This document shows positions 61,852 through 64,000 of a stretch of DNA of 64,000 nt, piece by piece. Below the pieces are notes generated by a model, which did not search any database, was not told the DNA's origin, and worked only from the letters and a program-made list of their open reading frames with translations. Both the position numbers and the translations under genes were made by a program. This DNA comes from Macrostomum hystrix. Lineage: Eukaryota > Animalia > Platyhelminthes. The stretch's first letter is position 1. Each line of letters opens with the position of its first letter. Where the stretch lies: the NCBI GenBank assembly GCA_950097015.1, contig CATNEN010000001.1, positions 8,246,001 through 8,310,000 on the forward strand, given 5' to 3'.

Positions 61852-64000
61852 CAAATGGGGGATCATTGTCAACTGGGCGATCATTGTCAACTGGTTGATC
61901 ATTGTCAACTGGGGCTTCATTGTCAACTGGGGGAAAATTGTCAACTGGGGGATCATTGTCAACTGGGGGATCATTGTCAACTGGGGGATCATTGTCAACT
62001 GGGGGATCATTGTGAACTGGGGGATCATTGTCAACTGGGGATCATTGTCAACTGGGGGAACATTGTCAACTGGGGGATCATTGTCAACTGGGGGATCATT
62101 GTCAACTGGGTGATCATTGTCAACTGGGGGATCATTGTCAACTGAGGGATCATTGTCAACTGGGGTATCATTATCAACTGGGGGATCATTGTCAACTTGG
62201 GAATGATTGTCAAATGGGTGTTCATTGTCAACTGGGGGATCATTGTCAACTGTGGGATCATTGTCAACTGGGGGATCATTGTCAACAAGGGGATCATTGT
62301 GAACTGGGGGATCATTGTCAACTGGGGATCATTGTCAACTGGGGGAACATTGTCAACTGGGGGATCATTGTCAACTGGGGGATCATTGTCAACTGGGTGA
62401 TCATTGTCAACTGGGGGATCATTGTCAACTGAGGGATCATTGTCAACTGGGGTATCATTATCAACTGGGGGATCATTGTCAACTTGGGAATGATTGTCAA
62501 ATGGGTGTTCATTGTCAACTGGGGGATCATTGTCAACTGGGAGATCATTGTCAACTGGGGGATCATTGTCAACTGGGGGATCATTGTCAACTGGGGTATC
62601 ATTATCAACTGGGGGATCATTGTCAACTTGGGAATGATTGTCAACTGGGGGATCATTGTCAACTGGGGGGATCATTGTCAACTGGGGGATCATTGTCAAC
62701 TGGGTGATCATTGTCAACTTGGGGATCATTGTCATCTGAGGGATCATTGTCAACTGGGGTATCATTATCAACTGGGGATCATTGTCAACTGGGGGATCAT
62801 TGTCAACTGGGGGATCATTGTCAACTGGGGGATCATTGTCAACTGGGTGATCATTGTCAACTGGGGGATCATTGTCAACTGGGGGATCATTGTCAACTGT
62901 GGGATCATTGTCAACTGGGGGATCATTGTCAACAAGGGGATCATTGTGAACTGGGGGATCATTGTCAACTGGGGATCATTGTCAACTGGGGGAACATTGT
63001 CAACTGGGGGATCATTGTCAACTGGGGGATCATTGTCAACTGGGTGATCATTGTCAACTGGGGGATCATTGTCAACTGAGGGATCATTGTCAACTGGGGT
63101 ATCATTATCAACTGGGGGATCATTGTCAACTTGGGAATGATTGTCAAATGGGTGTTCATTGTCAACTGGGGGATCATTGTCAACTGGGAGATCATTGTCA
63201 ACTGGGGGATCATTGTCAACTGGGGGATCATTGTCAACTGGGGTATCATTATCAACTGGGGGATCATTGTCAACTTGGGAATGATTGTCAACTGGGGGAT
63301 CATTGTCAACTGGGGGGATCATTGTCAACTGGGGGATCATTGTCAACTGGGTGATCATTGTCAACTTGGGGATCATTGTCATCTGAGGGATCATTGTCAA
63401 CTGGGGTATCATTATCAACTGGGGATCATTGTCAACTGGGGGATCATTGTCAACTGGGGGATCATTGTCAACTGGGGGATCATTGTCAACTGGGTGATCA
63501 TTGTCAACTGGGGGATCATTGTCAACTGGGGGATCATGGTCAACTTGGGGATCATTGTCAACTGTGAGATCATTGTCAACTGGGTGATCATTGTCAACTG
63601 GGGAATCATTGTCAACTGGGGGATCATTGTAAACTGGGGGATCATTGTCAACTGTGAGATCATTGTCAACTGGGGGATCATTGTCAACTGGGGGATCATT
63701 GTCAACTGGGGGATCATTGTCAACTGGGGGATCATCATCAACTGGGGGATCATTGTCAACTGTGGGATCATTGTCATCTGGGGGATCATTGTCAACAAGG
63801 GGATCATTGTCAACTGGGGATCATTGTCAACTGGGGGTTCATTGTCAACTGGGGGATCATTGTCAACTGGGGGATCATCATCAACTGGGGGATCATTGTC
63901 AACTGGGGATCATTGTCAACTGGGGGTTCATTGTCAACTGGGGGATCATTGTCAACTGGGGGATCATCATCAACTGGGGGATCATTGTCAACTGGGGGAT
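61852..64000 (+). repeat. 18-bp satellite array with higher-order periodicity
   Basis: gggggatcattgtcaact units; variant blocks recur at offsets of 287 bp (62028/62315) and 647 bp (62315/62962). Confidence 0.97.

Larger units (their letters stand above)
59136..64000 (+). mobile_element. Helitron array unit 4 (left arm, internally deleted, satellite-expanded; continues past the window)
   Basis: TCTAATATACTAAAAATGAA start and ~600-bp left arm shared with units 2 and 3; ~61675-61790 resembles right-arm sequence ~19150-19280. Confidence 0.8.

Noticed and set aside
61834-63813. Many ORFs of the (GDHCQL)n / (WGIIVN)n type
   Set aside because: Translations of the 18-bp satellite.

Overview
Eukaryotic (animal-type; GT-AG introns, CAG tracts) repeat-rich DNA composed almost entirely of nested mobile elements. 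1-13.8 kb: 5' end of a non-LTR retrotransposon (minus-strand ORF1 absent from the ORF track), a BEL/Pao LTR retrotransposon with an intact 1777-aa gag-pol but only a 5' LTR, a frameshifted DUF4806/BEN-like gene and a dead Gypsy integrase fragment. 13.8-64 kb: a head-to-tail tandem array of large Helitrons, with CTAG|TC junctions at ~20343, 37403 and 59135. Unit 3 carries a 9-exon OTU-Rep-Pif1 RepHel gene with two frameshifts. Units 2 and 3 carry RPA70-like OB-fold genes and two-exon zinc-knuckle micro-genes. Nested in unit 2 is an 11.6-kb transposase-less TIR element (CCCGGTGGGACA ends, TT target duplication; EnSpm/CMC-like) carrying apparently intact transcription-factor genes (3-exon ELF/E74-like ETS; intronless Hairy/E(spl)-like bHLH-WRPW) and a polyQ micro-ORF; a decayed copy of this cargo lies in unit 1. 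Element-internal minisatellites have expanded into kb-scale arrays. Gene models were spliced by eye and family assignments rest on recognised motifs, not database searches.
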